Positions 37,025-47,005 are shown, counted from the stretch's first letter. The stretch is DNA of 64,000 bases from Candidatus Babeliaceae bacterium (GCA_019744895.1 JAIETV010000002.1:6-64005), one strand, 5' to 3'. Numbers and translations are program-made. Notes: generated from the sequence alone by a model not told the origin.

Positions 37025-37858
37025 TTAATCGATTTGGCCGAATGATACGGATTTGTCTGGTCCCTTTCCCTTTCCTCCTTTAAAGAACATGCTAATAGCT
37101 TTAAGTGCACGTGTAAACGGTGATTTTCGGTTTTTACTTCGCCAATCTAATGTTTCTTGAGCTGTTTGACCCAAAGTTTCGAGATTTTGACCCGCCTGGT
37201 TATTACACTCCACTAACTCGGTAATTTTTTCATCATGTGGCATAACTTTCAATAGCTCTTGCAAAATTTTATTTTGTTTGATCAGATGGCCTAAAAAAAG
37301 AGTATGTAACGAGCCGATATTCTTTGTAAGAGCTTCTACCTGTTTATCAGATTCCTTTAGATGGATTTTGAAATCCTCTAGTCGCTCTACCATCTTCTTG
37401 AGTTTTTCTTTATTTTCATCCTTAAGTTGGGCTATATCTTGCTTCAGGCCAGCGGTAAAATAGGCCTTTAATGCGGCATACCCTTTAAAGACAATTACGA
37501 GGCTAAAAATAGACCCTGCAAGAGCCGGCAAAATTTTAAAGGCCTCAAAGCTTAAATTGGCTGCAGCGCCTGCAGTAAAAGGGTCAACAAAGCGGGTGGA
37601 ATTATTTTTTAAAATGCGATCACAAGCATTATAAAAAGGTATAGCCGTGCAAGGGGTCAAAATGCCACCAATAATTGCATATTCTGTTGGCGATAAAGAA
37701 TCTTCTTGCGGTTCAGGATCCTTAATTAAACGCGCCTGCTCGCCATGCATGAGAATATAGGTTTGGTATATTATGCTATCTGTAGGGTAATTTTCAGCGC
37801 CAACGACTATAAAGAATAGGGATAGCATAAATATCTGTAAAAAATTTTTAATGCTCAT
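37025..37858 (-). CDS. Membrane protein with paired hydrophobic segments and a long coiled coil
   Basis: N-terminal signal/anchor. Hydrophobic stretches YAIIGGILTPCTAIPF and ILPALAGSIFSLVIVFKGYAAL. Then a heptad-like charged region (LKDENKEKLKKMVERLEDFKIHLKESDKQVEAL). Confidence 0.55.
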   Translation of the reverse strand: MSIKNFLQIFMLSLFFIVVGAENYPTDSIIYQTYILMHGEQARLIKDPEPQEDSLSPTEYAIIGGILTPCTAIPFYNACDRILKNNSTRFVDPFTAGAAANLSFEAFKILPALAGSIFSLVIVFKGYAALKAYFTAGLKQDIAQLKDENKEKLKKMVERLEDFKIHLKESDKQVEALTKNIGSLHTLFLGHLIKQNKILQELLKVMPHDEKITELVECNNQAGQNLETLGQTAQETLDWRSKNRKSPFTRALKAISMFFKGGKGKGPDKSVSFGQID

Positions 37859-38092
37859 GATGAATATTTTTACTCCAAAGTTACTTTTTTCCGAAGGAAG
37901 TTTGTGCTATATGGGCTGCTTTTACTTTTTTAATAAAATGACAAAAAAGCGAAAATGGAATGATAACAGGCCGTGTACGCATCGATTTCCTTTTTTTAAA
38001 AATTAAAGAGTAGAGAACTTTTATTTCTTTTTGTATACTTAAAATAGTAAAGCTTTAAAAATCAAGACTTTTAAACAGCCATTTATAACAAT

Positions 38093-38461
38093 ATGCATTC
38101 AATCTATCAACAGCAAATCATGGATCATTACCATTTTCCTCGCCACAAAGGCGAACTTCAAGCAGATGATTGTCTTGAAACTACGGGTGCCAATCCTTCA
38201 TGCGGCGATCAAATTAAGCTCTTTGTGCGCATTAAAAGTGGCTTTGTTGTTGATGCAAAATTCAATGGGATAGGTTGTATTTTGACTCTTGCAGCAGCAG
38301 ATATGTTACTTGAAAAAATTATTGGTAAATCTTTGGATAATATTAAAACCATATCTGTTGATGATATAAAAAAAATGGTTGGCATAGAAGTAGGGCATAC
38401 TCGTATTAAATGCATTCTTCTACCCTTTGGTGCTCTTAACGATATCTTGACCCATGCTTGA
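38093..38461 (+). CDS. sufU: Fe-S cluster assembly scaffold, SufU/IscU-like
   Basis: IMDHYHFPRHKG, NPSCGDQIKL, GIGCILTLAAADML, TRIKCILLPFGAL (three conserved Cys plus Asp, SufU pattern). Confidence 0.85.
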   Translation: MHSIYQQQIMDHYHFPRHKGELQADDCLETTGANPSCGDQIKLFVRIKSGFVVDAKFNGIGCILTLAAADMLLEKIIGKSLDNIKTISVDDIKKMVGIEVGHTRIKCILLPFGALNDILTHA

Positions 38462-39512
38462 TACTCTCCGTCTTGTTAAACTCATTCAACAGCAGAGTCG
38501 CATACAAAAAACACGTTATCAGGAACAAAAGGATACTGCGCGTTTGCTTTGGGAAAAGATTATTAAAAATACAGATTTACAACAACAACTCTTACAAAAA
38601 AATAATTTCACCTTCAATCTGCCTCTTGGTACGATATATAATGCAAATATGTTTGTGAATGAATATACCGTATGCGGTATCGATGGCTCTCAGATCTATC
38701 CCGACAGGCATGAAGGGTTTTCAGAATATCTTATTAATATTGGAACTGCTCATTTTATCTACAGTTCATTATCGCGCGCTGAGTTAGATACAACGCCCTA
38801 TGTATTTTCTGGTTTTGAAGATGGTGCAGTGGTTACTGCTGAATTGGTTAATGCTCAGCGGACCAATTATGAGCTTGCACATGCAGTTGCCGTTGCCCGG
38901 CATGAAAGTAACCCTATTATTATGTTTGATGGCGCACTTATGTTTTGGCATCTGCAAACACCAATTATGCAGGAGCTTTTTTTGCAGAATTATTTAGAAT
39001 ATTTACGAACTTTGCATAAAGAAAATAAAAAATATTTAGGTTATATCAGCGCCTCACATTCATGCGAGCTTGTTACGCTCTTAGAGAAAGCGGCTCAGCT
39101 TATGGGTATATCTGCAACTTTTGACCATCTTGTTGATACAGATATTATTGAATTTTTTCTTAAAAAAAATCAGTATACTCAGGTATTTAAGCCCACATCA
39201 GACTTAAGTATTATGTATCCTGCTCAATTAAGGCCATGTTTTATCTATCTGCATGTCGGTAGTGAAATTGCTCGCATTGAATTGCCAGAATATCTTACTG
39301 GCGATCAAGATACTATCGCACATTTGGTTGGCTTGATTAGCGATCAAGTTGAAAAGGGTAATGGGTATCCAGTTGCTTTATCTGAAGCACATGAACAAGC
39401 TGTCGTTAAAGCAAAAGATCGTGATTTTTTTTATGCCATGCTACAAATGCATCACCAAAAGAAAATCACGACCTCTTTAAAGCTTTCTAAAAAACGCTCA
39501 GCTGCTCTGTAA
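38454..39512 (+). CDS. NurA-like nuclease domain protein
   Basis: VCGIDGSQIYPD, IIMFDGALMFWHL and GYPVALSEAHEQAVVKAKDRDFF resemble the NurA motifs DGS, DGxL and GYPYxLxxAHxxA. The start overlaps the sufU stop (ATGCTTGA). Confidence 0.45.
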   Translation: MLDTLRLVKLIQQQSRIQKTRYQEQKDTARLLWEKIIKNTDLQQQLLQKNNFTFNLPLGTIYNANMFVNEYTVCGIDGSQIYPDRHEGFSEYLINIGTAHFIYSSLSRAELDTTPYVFSGFEDGAVVTAELVNAQRTNYELAHAVAVARHESNPIIMFDGALMFWHLQTPIMQELFLQNYLEYLRTLHKENKKYLGYISASHSCELVTLLEKAAQLMGISATFDHLVDTDIIEFFLKKNQYTQVFKPTSDLSIMYPAQLRPCFIYLHVGSEIARIELPEYLTGDQDTIAHLVGLISDQVEKGNGYPVALSEAHEQAVVKAKDRDFFYAMLQMHHQKKITTSLKLSKKRSAAL

Positions 39513-39568
39513 AAAAAAGAAACTAAATACTTGTTTTTTATCAAGTGGCACATTAAAAAGCTTTTTAT

Positions 39569-40156
39569 TTAGTATTTTGAATCAGCAAGAAATTTTTTTG
39601 TCTGCCTTAAAGCATCCTTAAAATCTTCATCGGAGGTAAACATAAAAAGAGGTCTTTCAGAGCCATATACGTTAACTAATTTAGCAGACATTTGTGCACA
39701 ACTTTCATTAGGATCACATAGTTTACTGCCAGATTCATGAGCCGTGCGGAGTAATTTAATCAACCTAATATTAATTCTTTCCCAAACCGGTGGTTTTTTG
39801 GAGTTTGCGATATTTGGTTTACTTGTTTCATTTAAAAGATCTTCAATAGCTTTTAGTTGATTGTAAACGTCGCGTACTGCCGGTAAAAAATTTGCATAAT
39901 GCGTTACTAACTCTTCACGGATTTGACTTAACTGCGTTGATTTAAGCCCATCATAAATTTCTCCGGGTTCAGGATTTATTTTTCCTACCGCTAAGTTTAA
40001 TTGTTCTTTAAAAAATGCGACCTTGAGTGCTGTAAATAATTCTTTAATTTCTGAAGTTGTTTCTTTTTTTTTCGTGAGTTCATTGAGCTCTTGAGCTTGA
40101 GCGCTTGTGGTAAGAAAAAGTAATGGTATAAGTAAAAAGTGTATGAGGATTTTCAT
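39569..40156 (-). CDS. Secreted hypothetical protein
   Basis: Signal peptide MKILIHFLLIPLLFLTTSAQA. Helical. No family recognised. Confidence 0.55.
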   Translation of the reverse strand: MKILIHFLLIPLLFLTTSAQAQELNELTKKKETTSEIKELFTALKVAFFKEQLNLAVGKINPEPGEIYDGLKSTQLSQIREELVTHYANFLPAVRDVYNQLKAIEDLLNETSKPNIANSKKPPVWERINIRLIKLLRTAHESGSKLCDPNESCAQMSAKLVNVYGSERPLFMFTSDEDFKDALRQTKKFLADSKY

Positions 40157-40295
40157 GATAATCTCTTTTAACTATGTCTTAGAAGTAATTTAAAAACATA
40201 GTTATTTTATAGGTAACCTATAAAAAAGATAGTATCACGTTAATTTTTTCTTACCATAAATTTTTTTAATAGTACTTGGCCTGCTACTAAAGCCT

Positions 40296-40341
40296 GCGTT
40301 AATTACCCAAAAAATATATTTATTTTTTGGGTAATTAACGC
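40296..40341 (-). terminator. Perfect 21-bp stem hairpin overlapping the dnaJ stop codon
   Basis: GCGTTAATTACCCAAAAAATA tatt TATTTTTTGGGTAATTAACGC. The dnaJ stop TAA lies inside the stem. Confidence 0.5.
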
Positions 40342-41468
40342 AAAAATTTTTTAAAAAATGCGGTAATTGATCCCTGAGCGCCATTAGTTTTTGTGCCAAT
40401 AAGTTCAGAATATTTTTCAAGAGTTTCTTGAGCATCTGAAGGTAATTTTTTAGGAATATCACACTGTGTAGTGATTACCAGATTGCCTCGGCCTTTACCG
40501 CGAATTTTAGGAAACCCTTTGCCGGCAATAATAATTCGCTCACCAATCGGGCATCCACGAGAAACCTTAATGGTTTCTTTTTCGCCATCTAATGTTTCAA
40601 TATCCATTTGACAGCCAAAAACAAGTTGCGGATATGTAAGGGTTATAGTAGATTCCAAATCATCATCAACGCGCTTGAACTGCTTGTGCGGCATGACAGC
40701 TACTTTTAAAAATAAGTCACCATATTCGCCACCAAAGATACCGGCATCACCTTTTCCTGCAATACGCAATTCAGCGCCATCATAAATCCCGGCAGGTATA
40801 TTAACACTTACAGTGTCATATTTTTGAACACGTGACTGCCCTTTACAGGTTTTGCATGGTGAAGGTATAGTATACCCAAGCCCCTGACAATTCGAGCAGG
40901 GCTGCGAGTAAGCAAACATTCCCTGTCTAAACGTTGTCTGGCCTGTTCCATCGCATTCTTTGCACGCATGAGCAGTGGTACCTTTTTCAGCGGCCTTGCC
41001 TTCACAGGTAGGGCACACAACAAAATGGTAATAGGTAATATCTTTTTTAACCCCTTTAAATGACTCTTCAAAAGAAAGTGTAACTTCTTTTGCTAAATCA
41101 TGGCCACGCTTTGGGAGAGGGCCAGATTTTTTACGTTTTTTTTGTTGCGCGCCACCACCAAAGATATCACCAAACATATCAAAGATATTTTCCATATTGA
41201 TATCTTGGCCCTGACTAAATCCGCCAAAACCGTGGGCACCGCCCATGTCAGCACCCGTATGGCCAAACTGGTCATATTGCTTGCGTTTGGTTGCGTCAGA
41301 AAGGACTTCGTAAGCGCTTGAGACCTCTTTAAAGCTCTCTTCTGCCTGTTTGTTGCCGGGGTTACGGTCTGGGTGATATTTTAATGCGAGCTTGCGGTAA
41401 GCGGCTTTTATCTCTTCTGAAGAAGCGGTGCGTGAAACGCCAAGTATTTCGTAAAAATCTTTTGCCAT
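40335..41468 (-). CDS. dnaJ: Molecular chaperone DnaJ
   Basis: J domain (DFYEILGV...KYHPDRN), a G/F region and four CxxCxGxG repeats. Confidence 0.96.
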   Translation of the reverse strand: MAKDFYEILGVSRTASSEEIKAAYRKLALKYHPDRNPGNKQAEESFKEVSSAYEVLSDATKRKQYDQFGHTGADMGGAHGFGGFSQGQDINMENIFDMFGDIFGGGAQQKKRKKSGPLPKRGHDLAKEVTLSFEESFKGVKKDITYYHFVVCPTCEGKAAEKGTTAHACKECDGTGQTTFRQGMFAYSQPCSNCQGLGYTIPSPCKTCKGQSRVQKYDTVSVNIPAGIYDGAELRIAGKGDAGIFGGEYGDLFLKVAVMPHKQFKRVDDDLESTITLTYPQLVFGCQMDIETLDGEKETIKVSRGCPIGERIIIAGKGFPKIRGKGRGNLVITTQCDIPKKLPSDAQETLEKYSELIGTKTNGAQGSITAFFKKFLR

Positions 41469-41514
41469 AATTATATTTTTATTTATTTTTTAGGGTATTT
41501 AGTATTAAATTTTA

Positions 41515-42411
41515 CTATAATTGTACCGCTTTTTGAAATTTAGAGCAATCGGCTTGCGAGTGCCTGATGTCGCCTATTCTATCGGGCAGATAACTTATTT
41601 CTCCTGAATAAGCAGGATATTTTTCAAGAAGCTCTTCTAATTTACTCTTTAGAGTAACGCTCGTTCCCGTTGCGATATTAAACGGCTGCCCATTAGTCCA
41701 GCGGTTTGTCAGCATTCCTGCCAAAAGCAAAGACTGGACAACTGTTTCTACCGGCACAAAGTCTCGAGTCTGGAGCCCATCGCCAAAAATAGTTATTGGG
41801 ATATTATTTTTTAATTTTTCATCAAGAACAGCCAAAACGCCACCGTCACCACCTTGGGTATTTTGGCGGCTGCCGTAAACATTAAAAAAACGTAAACTTA
41901 CTGTTTTAAGGCCATAATTTTTTGAGTAAAGTTGACATAGTTGCTCGCCTATCAGTTTTGAATATCCATAAGTAGAAACGGGTGATGGGGGTATATTTTC
42001 TGAGCAAATACCTTCATGATTGCCATATACTGCCGCAGAAGAAGCAAAAATAACTGTTTTGACGCCTTGTGTGCGGCATGCTTCAAGTAAATTATATGTT
42101 CCTTGAATATTTGTTGCACATGTCTGGTACGGATTTTTTTGGCTTTGTGCAACAGAAATTTCTGCGGCCAAATGAAAGACGGTATCAATACCAGCAGTTG
42201 CTGTAAGACAATCCTGCAACGAACATATTGAGCCATTTATAAACTCACTATTCTGTTCTATGTTTTTTATATTATCCAAAGTTCCTGTCCTGAGATTATC
42301 CAGAATACGGATATTTGCATCTATATTAAGCAGTTTTTCGCATAAATGTGAACCGATAAAACCGGCTCCGCCGGTTACAAGCACCGATTTATTTTTATAA
42401 AATTTTTCCAT
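41515..42411 (-). CDS. NAD-dependent nucleotide-sugar epimerase/dehydratase (extended SDR)
   Basis: VLVTGGAGFIGSHL, SSAAVYG and the YGYSK catalytic motif. Confidence 0.85.
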   Translation of the reverse strand: MEKFYKNKSVLVTGGAGFIGSHLCEKLLNIDANIRILDNLRTGTLDNIKNIEQNSEFINGSICSLQDCLTATAGIDTVFHLAAEISVAQSQKNPYQTCATNIQGTYNLLEACRTQGVKTVIFASSAAVYGNHEGICSENIPPSPVSTYGYSKLIGEQLCQLYSKNYGLKTVSLRFFNVYGSRQNTQGGDGGVLAVLDEKLKNNIPITIFGDGLQTRDFVPVETVVQSLLLAGMLTNRWTNGQPFNIATGTSVTLKSKLEELLEKYPAYSGEISYLPDRIGDIRHSQADCSKFQKAVQL

Positions 42412-42497
42412 GTATCATGACTTTGCTTTTTAATCATACTCAGAAGATATAGATTTTTTTTTTACAAAAGTCGAATTTATCGGATTAAAAAAATCTA

Positions 42498-43469
42498 TCA
42501 AAGTTTTTTTAAAGTCTCGCGAGCAAGGCGCCTAGTTTTCCCAGTTACTTCTGGTGAGTTGATGATATCATCAAGAATTTTTCGGGCTTTATCTTTTTTT
42601 TCGATCGCAGGACTTGCGTAAGAAAGTGCTAAATCTATATGATACATAGCTGCTTTTTCTTTATAGTCTAATGTTGATTGATAGGTTCCTAGAAGTATAT
42701 TTTCAAGTGTTTCATGGATTTCATCCAAATCTTGCTCTGGTGGTCCTTTATCAAGCTTTTCATGAATGATTTCAAAGATTCCCTGAAGAGATTTTTTTAT
42801 ATATTCAGGTTTTGTCGGAGAATTTGAATTTATCGCTTGCAAGAAAAGCTCCTCTGCTTTTTCTAGGTCTCTTGTGACATCTGAACCATCTAAGTATCGC
42901 TCTGCGATTTGAACTTGATAATCATAGGCTTGCTTTAAATGACTTGTTTTTATAGGAGCTTGGGCATTGAATATTTTTAAGAGCTCTAGATAGTGCAAAG
43001 CCTTTGTAGGTTGATTAATGCTCGGAGCAAGATAATAGTCTATACTTTTAAGTAACTCCAAAGAAAGTTTATCACGGTTCCTTGATAAAAGGTTTTCTGG
43101 TATAATAAAATCTCTTACAATTTGCAAAAATTGCTCTTCCATCTGCTGAGTAAAATTATTTTCATTTTTTATTTTCGTGATTACTCGTATGATAATATCA
43201 AAAGCTCTTTCTTTTAAATAATGCAACATAGGTTTAGATGTACTCATGATTTCATATAAATGAGTTAAAGAAATTCTAGAGTTTTCTACAAATTGATCAA
43301 TAGACATTTTGCCTTTAGATAAACGGTAGAGTGCATCCAAGTAGATATCCTCAGCATTTTGTATCTGTTCTTGCATATGCTTTATATTTTGTGTTTCGTC
43401 TTCCATACAGACAATACCAGATGACGATACCATTAAAAATAAAATTACGTATTTGTAGCATAAAAGCAT
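42498..43469 (-). CDS. Secreted helical (TPR-like) hypothetical protein
   Basis: Hydrophobic N-terminus. All-helical composition. No family recognised. Confidence 0.5.
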   Translation of the reverse strand: MLLCYKYVILFLMVSSSGIVCMEDETQNIKHMQEQIQNAEDIYLDALYRLSKGKMSIDQFVENSRISLTHLYEIMSTSKPMLHYLKERAFDIIIRVITKIKNENNFTQQMEEQFLQIVRDFIIPENLLSRNRDKLSLELLKSIDYYLAPSINQPTKALHYLELLKIFNAQAPIKTSHLKQAYDYQVQIAERYLDGSDVTRDLEKAEELFLQAINSNSPTKPEYIKKSLQGIFEIIHEKLDKGPPEQDLDEIHETLENILLGTYQSTLDYKEKAAMYHIDLALSYASPAIEKKDKARKILDDIINSPEVTGKTRRLARETLKKL

Positions 43470-43605
43470 AATTAGTCCCCTTTAAATTAAATTGTAGATT
43501 AAATTTAACATTAAAAACAATGGTTGCTTTTTGCAGATTCTCTATGCTATTTTTAATCTGAAATTTTTACGTCTTCTTCTGCGATATTTAATACAAGAAA
43601 GTATT

Positions 43606-43758
43606 ATGAAAAAATTAGTGATTTTACTTTTATTGCCGACTATTTATAAGATTTCTTTTGCAGCCATCCAAAAAAATCCCACACCTGCGGAACGCTATTA
43701 CTTAGCTACTTTAGAGCTTATGCCTGACACAACAATGGCACAATGGCTTGCAAGTTAA
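43606..43758 (+). CDS. Small signal-peptide ORF, possibly the 5' fragment of a decayed gene
   Basis: MKKLVILLLLPTIYKISFA start. The same frame stays open past two TAA codons to about 44001. See findings. Confidence 0.3.
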   Translation: MKKLVILLLLPTIYKISFAAIQKNPTPAERYYLATLELMPDTTMAQWLAS

Positions 43759-43989
43759 GCTCCTCCAAATCCATCGGCTGATCAGCATGACGGCTTTAGG
43801 CGGCAGCTTTCGGTTGTTCAAGAAGAACTACAAGCCCGTCGATTTAAAAAGCTGTTAGACTCTTTAAATCAATATTTTGAACAAAGTTAATTAGAAGATG
43901 CGGGAAATAGCATTTTTGCATGTACTATATTAGCAGGCATAGTGGCATCAGTTTTTGACAATCTTCTTCCTGAAGGGTGGAAACGCGAT

Positions 43990-45309
43990 CTATTTATGTA
44001 GTAAGAATTTTTTAAAGGTAAGCTTTTCTGCAATTTCTTTGCCTTCTAAAAGTGCTTCTTGCATGCTTGAATATTTCCATCGGCCGTATCTGCCAATAGA
44101 GTGTATATTATACTCAGTAAGACGTTGGTGAATTAATGGAAGATTTTTATCGCGCCAGGCATCAAAAATAACATATGCATGGTTGATCGTGATTATTTTT
44201 TCTGTTGCGATTTCACTATCGTCAATTTTTAAAATCTTTTTTGTCTGATTAAGCGCCGTTTGCAATATCTGCCAAACCTCATCGTGGGGTTTTTGCAGAT
44301 ACGAAAATTCACCATAAAGTGACGAATGGCCTTGGGGTGCCATGCTCTCAGCAAAATTATGGGAAAAACCTATTCGATAAAAAGGAAACTTTTTTTCTGG
44401 GTAATAAATCCAATGTTTATCTGAAAGGTTTTCGCGCTTAATGCCAAGATTAAAATTTACCACACTGTTACACAAAAGTTTTTTGGCTGAGCGCGAAAAG
44501 TTACTTGAGCTTGAATCTTTTATGAGGGTTAAAAAGGTATTTAACGGCATCGTGTTAATAAGAGTGGTATAGTGTTGGCATGAGCCATCAGTAAAAATAA
44601 CTTTTTTTTCTTTTATATTTATTTTTGTAACAGTTTTTTGTAGATATACCGGTTGTTTAAGCTGCTCATAAAGTTTTTTTACCCAGAAGAAAATACCATC
44701 TTTTTTTGGATAAAAAAATTGCGCGTTATACCCTATGTGCTGTTCTTGGGGCGGCTGTAAGGCACCTGTAAGCATTTCAGTTAGGCTTGTTTTGGGAACG
44801 AATCTTCCTGTCCATGATGACGAAAGTTTTTCAAGCGGATATGAAAATATTTTTTCTTGATAAGGATAAAAAAAATGCTCGGCGATTCCTTTACCGAAAT
44901 TTGCAAGTACCCATCGTTTAAAATCTTTTGGGACTTTTTTTGTTTGTGGTCGAGTAATAAAGCCTTCGATGCACTCTGCAATAGTTGCAGGCGGTAATCC
45001 AAAAAGATTAACTTGAAAAGGAAAATGAGTATAAATGCCTTGCGAATAAATAAATGAGCGTCGGCTAATAGTATTAAAATTTTCAAAGCCGACTACCGTA
45101 TCAATAAATTTTTTAAAATAGTCGTCATTAATATGTAATAAATGGCCTGTGTAATCAAAAGTAAAACCATCCTGATACACTGAGCGGCACAAGCCCCCGA
45201 CTTCCGATTCTTTCTCAAACAGTTTATAATCAGTAAAACCGAGTTTTTCTAAATGATATGCAGCTGAAAGACCGGTTAAGCCAGCTCCAATAATTACTAT
45301 TTCTGCCAT
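43990..45309 (-). CDS. FAD-dependent oxidoreductase (amine-oxidase / UDP-galactopyranose-mutase-like fold)
   Basis: N-terminal dinucleotide fold IVIIGAGLTGLSAAYHL..EKESEVGG. C-terminal GRYGRWKYSSMQEAL. Confidence 0.7.
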   Translation of the reverse strand: MAEIVIIGAGLTGLSAAYHLEKLGFTDYKLFEKESEVGGLCRSVYQDGFTFDYTGHLLHINDDYFKKFIDTVVGFENFNTISRRSFIYSQGIYTHFPFQVNLFGLPPATIAECIEGFITRPQTKKVPKDFKRWVLANFGKGIAEHFFYPYQEKIFSYPLEKLSSSWTGRFVPKTSLTEMLTGALQPPQEQHIGYNAQFFYPKKDGIFFWVKKLYEQLKQPVYLQKTVTKINIKEKKVIFTDGSCQHYTTLINTMPLNTFLTLIKDSSSSNFSRSAKKLLCNSVVNFNLGIKRENLSDKHWIYYPEKKFPFYRIGFSHNFAESMAPQGHSSLYGEFSYLQKPHDEVWQILQTALNQTKKILKIDDSEIATEKIITINHAYVIFDAWRDKNLPLIHQRLTEYNIHSIGRYGRWKYSSMQEALLEGKEIAEKLTFKKFLLHK

Positions 45310-45379
45310 AATATGCTCCTTTTATAATGCAGAGCAGTTATAAAATGAAATAAAAAAAATGTCGAGAAAAGAGAATTTT

Positions 45380-45637
45380 ATGCGTAAATATATTTTGATG
45401 GCATCTATCAGTCAAGTCTTTATTATTTTACATGCTCAACCAGCTATAAAACCCTTACCAGGCATAACACAAGAGCAAACGCTCGCCTTATATGAAAAAC
45501 TTTTATGTCATGAAGACTTTAAATTAATACAAGAGGCCTTAAAACCAGTCAATCCTCTTGAAGTTTTAGCTTTTTCAAAGGTTGGCGATACAATAAAGCC
45601 TGGCGTTAATCCTCAAGAAATTATGTCTCAACCGTAA
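45380..45637 (+). CDS. Small secreted hypothetical protein
   Basis: MRKYILMASISQVFIILHA signal-like start. The alternative start is at 45359. Confidence 0.4.
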   Translation: MRKYILMASISQVFIILHAQPAIKPLPGITQEQTLALYEKLLCHEDFKLIQEALKPVNPLEVLAFSKVGDTIKPGVNPQEIMSQP

Positions 45638-45643
45638 AGCATT

Positions 45644-46108
45644 ATGAAGAATCTATTATTTTTAAAAACAATAATCACTTTTATGCATATTGTGGCTGAT
45701 GTTCATGCCTTAGATTCCGAGCATCAATTAGACGCCATAGACCCTCGGGTATTTGCTACTGCGTTACGTAGAGTTAGCTTTGAACCACCTTTAACAGTTG
45801 CGCCGCACGATATTATGTTTCAACAAACAGTAATGGTTCAAGAGGCTGATGTTATTGATGCAGGTAGAAAAAAAAAGCAAACTGCGACTAAATCTGACAA
45901 AGTTTATCATCACAATCACCGTATTTTGAGACAATATTCAAATCTGATAATGCATACTATTGCTAATAAAGCTCTAAAGCTGGGCGTTAAACCAGAAGAC
46001 CTTAAAAATTATTATATGTATCTTTTGCGTTGTGACAAAAGACTGCCTGCGCGATTTGAGCTAAGCTCTGAGCATGTCATTAATTTTTTACCTGTCGAAT
46101 GCCTATAA
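45644..46108 (+). CDS. Secreted hypothetical protein
   Basis: Signal-like MKNLLFLKTIITFMHIVADVHA. No family recognised. Confidence 0.45.
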   Translation: MKNLLFLKTIITFMHIVADVHALDSEHQLDAIDPRVFATALRRVSFEPPLTVAPHDIMFQQTVMVQEADVIDAGRKKKQTATKSDKVYHHNHRILRQYSNLIMHTIANKALKLGVKPEDLKNYYMYLLRCDKRLPARFELSSEHVINFLPVECL

Positions 46109-46123
46109 TCGAGTATAATGCTT

Positions 46124-47005
46124 TTACATTATATGGATTCCTGAGCTTTCATCGTAAGAAAATTCAAAATGGCCACTTCCGGCAGGGCATGTGACGCGAC
46201 ATTTAAACGTTTGAGTATGAAAATCTTGACCGGTGCCAGATGGTGGTAATGCTACTTTTTTAATACTTTGTAAAAGATAGGCAATATGTTCATCAAGTGC
46301 GGTGGTACCAGTTGATTTCAAAACTTCTACCGCAACAATTTCACCTTTTTGATTTAAAACCAAGCTTGCGATAATGCCGGTATCAACTGGAACTGGAGAA
46401 TAGTAATCTTTTTTATTTAAACTACAGGCAATTTTTAGAGCAGAAAATATTTTATTGCGGATTCGCCCGTCGGTGATCTCACGCATTTGTGCTGCAACGC
46501 CCTGTTTAATTGCTTGTTCTTTGGTATAAACAGCTTGAGCATGGCGTTTTGCTGCTTGATCTTGAGATATGGCATCCATCAATGTTGCAGCTGTAAAAGG
46601 CTTATCTTTTTCTTCATCAACAGGGCTCGTGCTCTTTTTTGTCCATGCAGAACGCCGTTCTTGTGCTGATCTGCCTTTTCGTAGAGGGTTTACTTCAACA
46701 AGCTGTTCGCTAGGTTGGGCTACTTGTGCAACAGGAATTTCTGAATATTCTGAAGCTTTAGCTGCTGCTGCTTGCTGAATTGGTTGTTCGTATATCGTTT
46801 TACTGCTTTGTGGTTCTTTTGTTGATGGGGCTTTATACCATACCACCCGCTTTTCACTTACTCCTGGCAAATAGTCGCTATAATTTGTTTTTAAAACATA
46901 CAACACATAAAAAACTATCAGAAGATGAAAAATGGTAGTAAGTACCGAACTGATATAGGCACTATGAACTTCAAGAACTTTAAACATAATTTTACCTTTT
47001 TTCAT
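46124..47005 (-). CDS. TonB-like membrane-anchored protein
   Basis: An N-terminal TM anchor and a low-complexity linker. The C-terminal GIIASLVLNQKGEIVAVEVLKSTGTTALDEHIAYLL resembles the TonB C-terminal domain. Confidence 0.45.
   Translation of the reverse strand: MKKGKIMFKVLEVHSAYISSVLTTIFHLLIVFYVLYVLKTNYSDYLPGVSEKRVVWYKAPSTKEPQSSKTIYEQPIQQAAAAKASEYSEIPVAQVAQPSEQLVEVNPLRKGRSAQERRSAWTKKSTSPVDEEKDKPFTAATLMDAISQDQAAKRHAQAVYTKEQAIKQGVAAQMREITDGRIRNKIFSALKIACSLNKKDYYSPVPVDTGIIASLVLNQKGEIVAVEVLKSTGTTALDEHIAYLLQSIKKVALPPSGTGQDFHTQTFKCRVTCPAGSGHFEFSYDESSGIHIM

Noticed and set aside
40235-40462. 75-aa minus-strand ORF overlapping the dnaJ 3' end.
   Set aside because: It is out of frame with dnaJ, spans the 21-bp palindrome, and has low-complexity Lys/Leu content.
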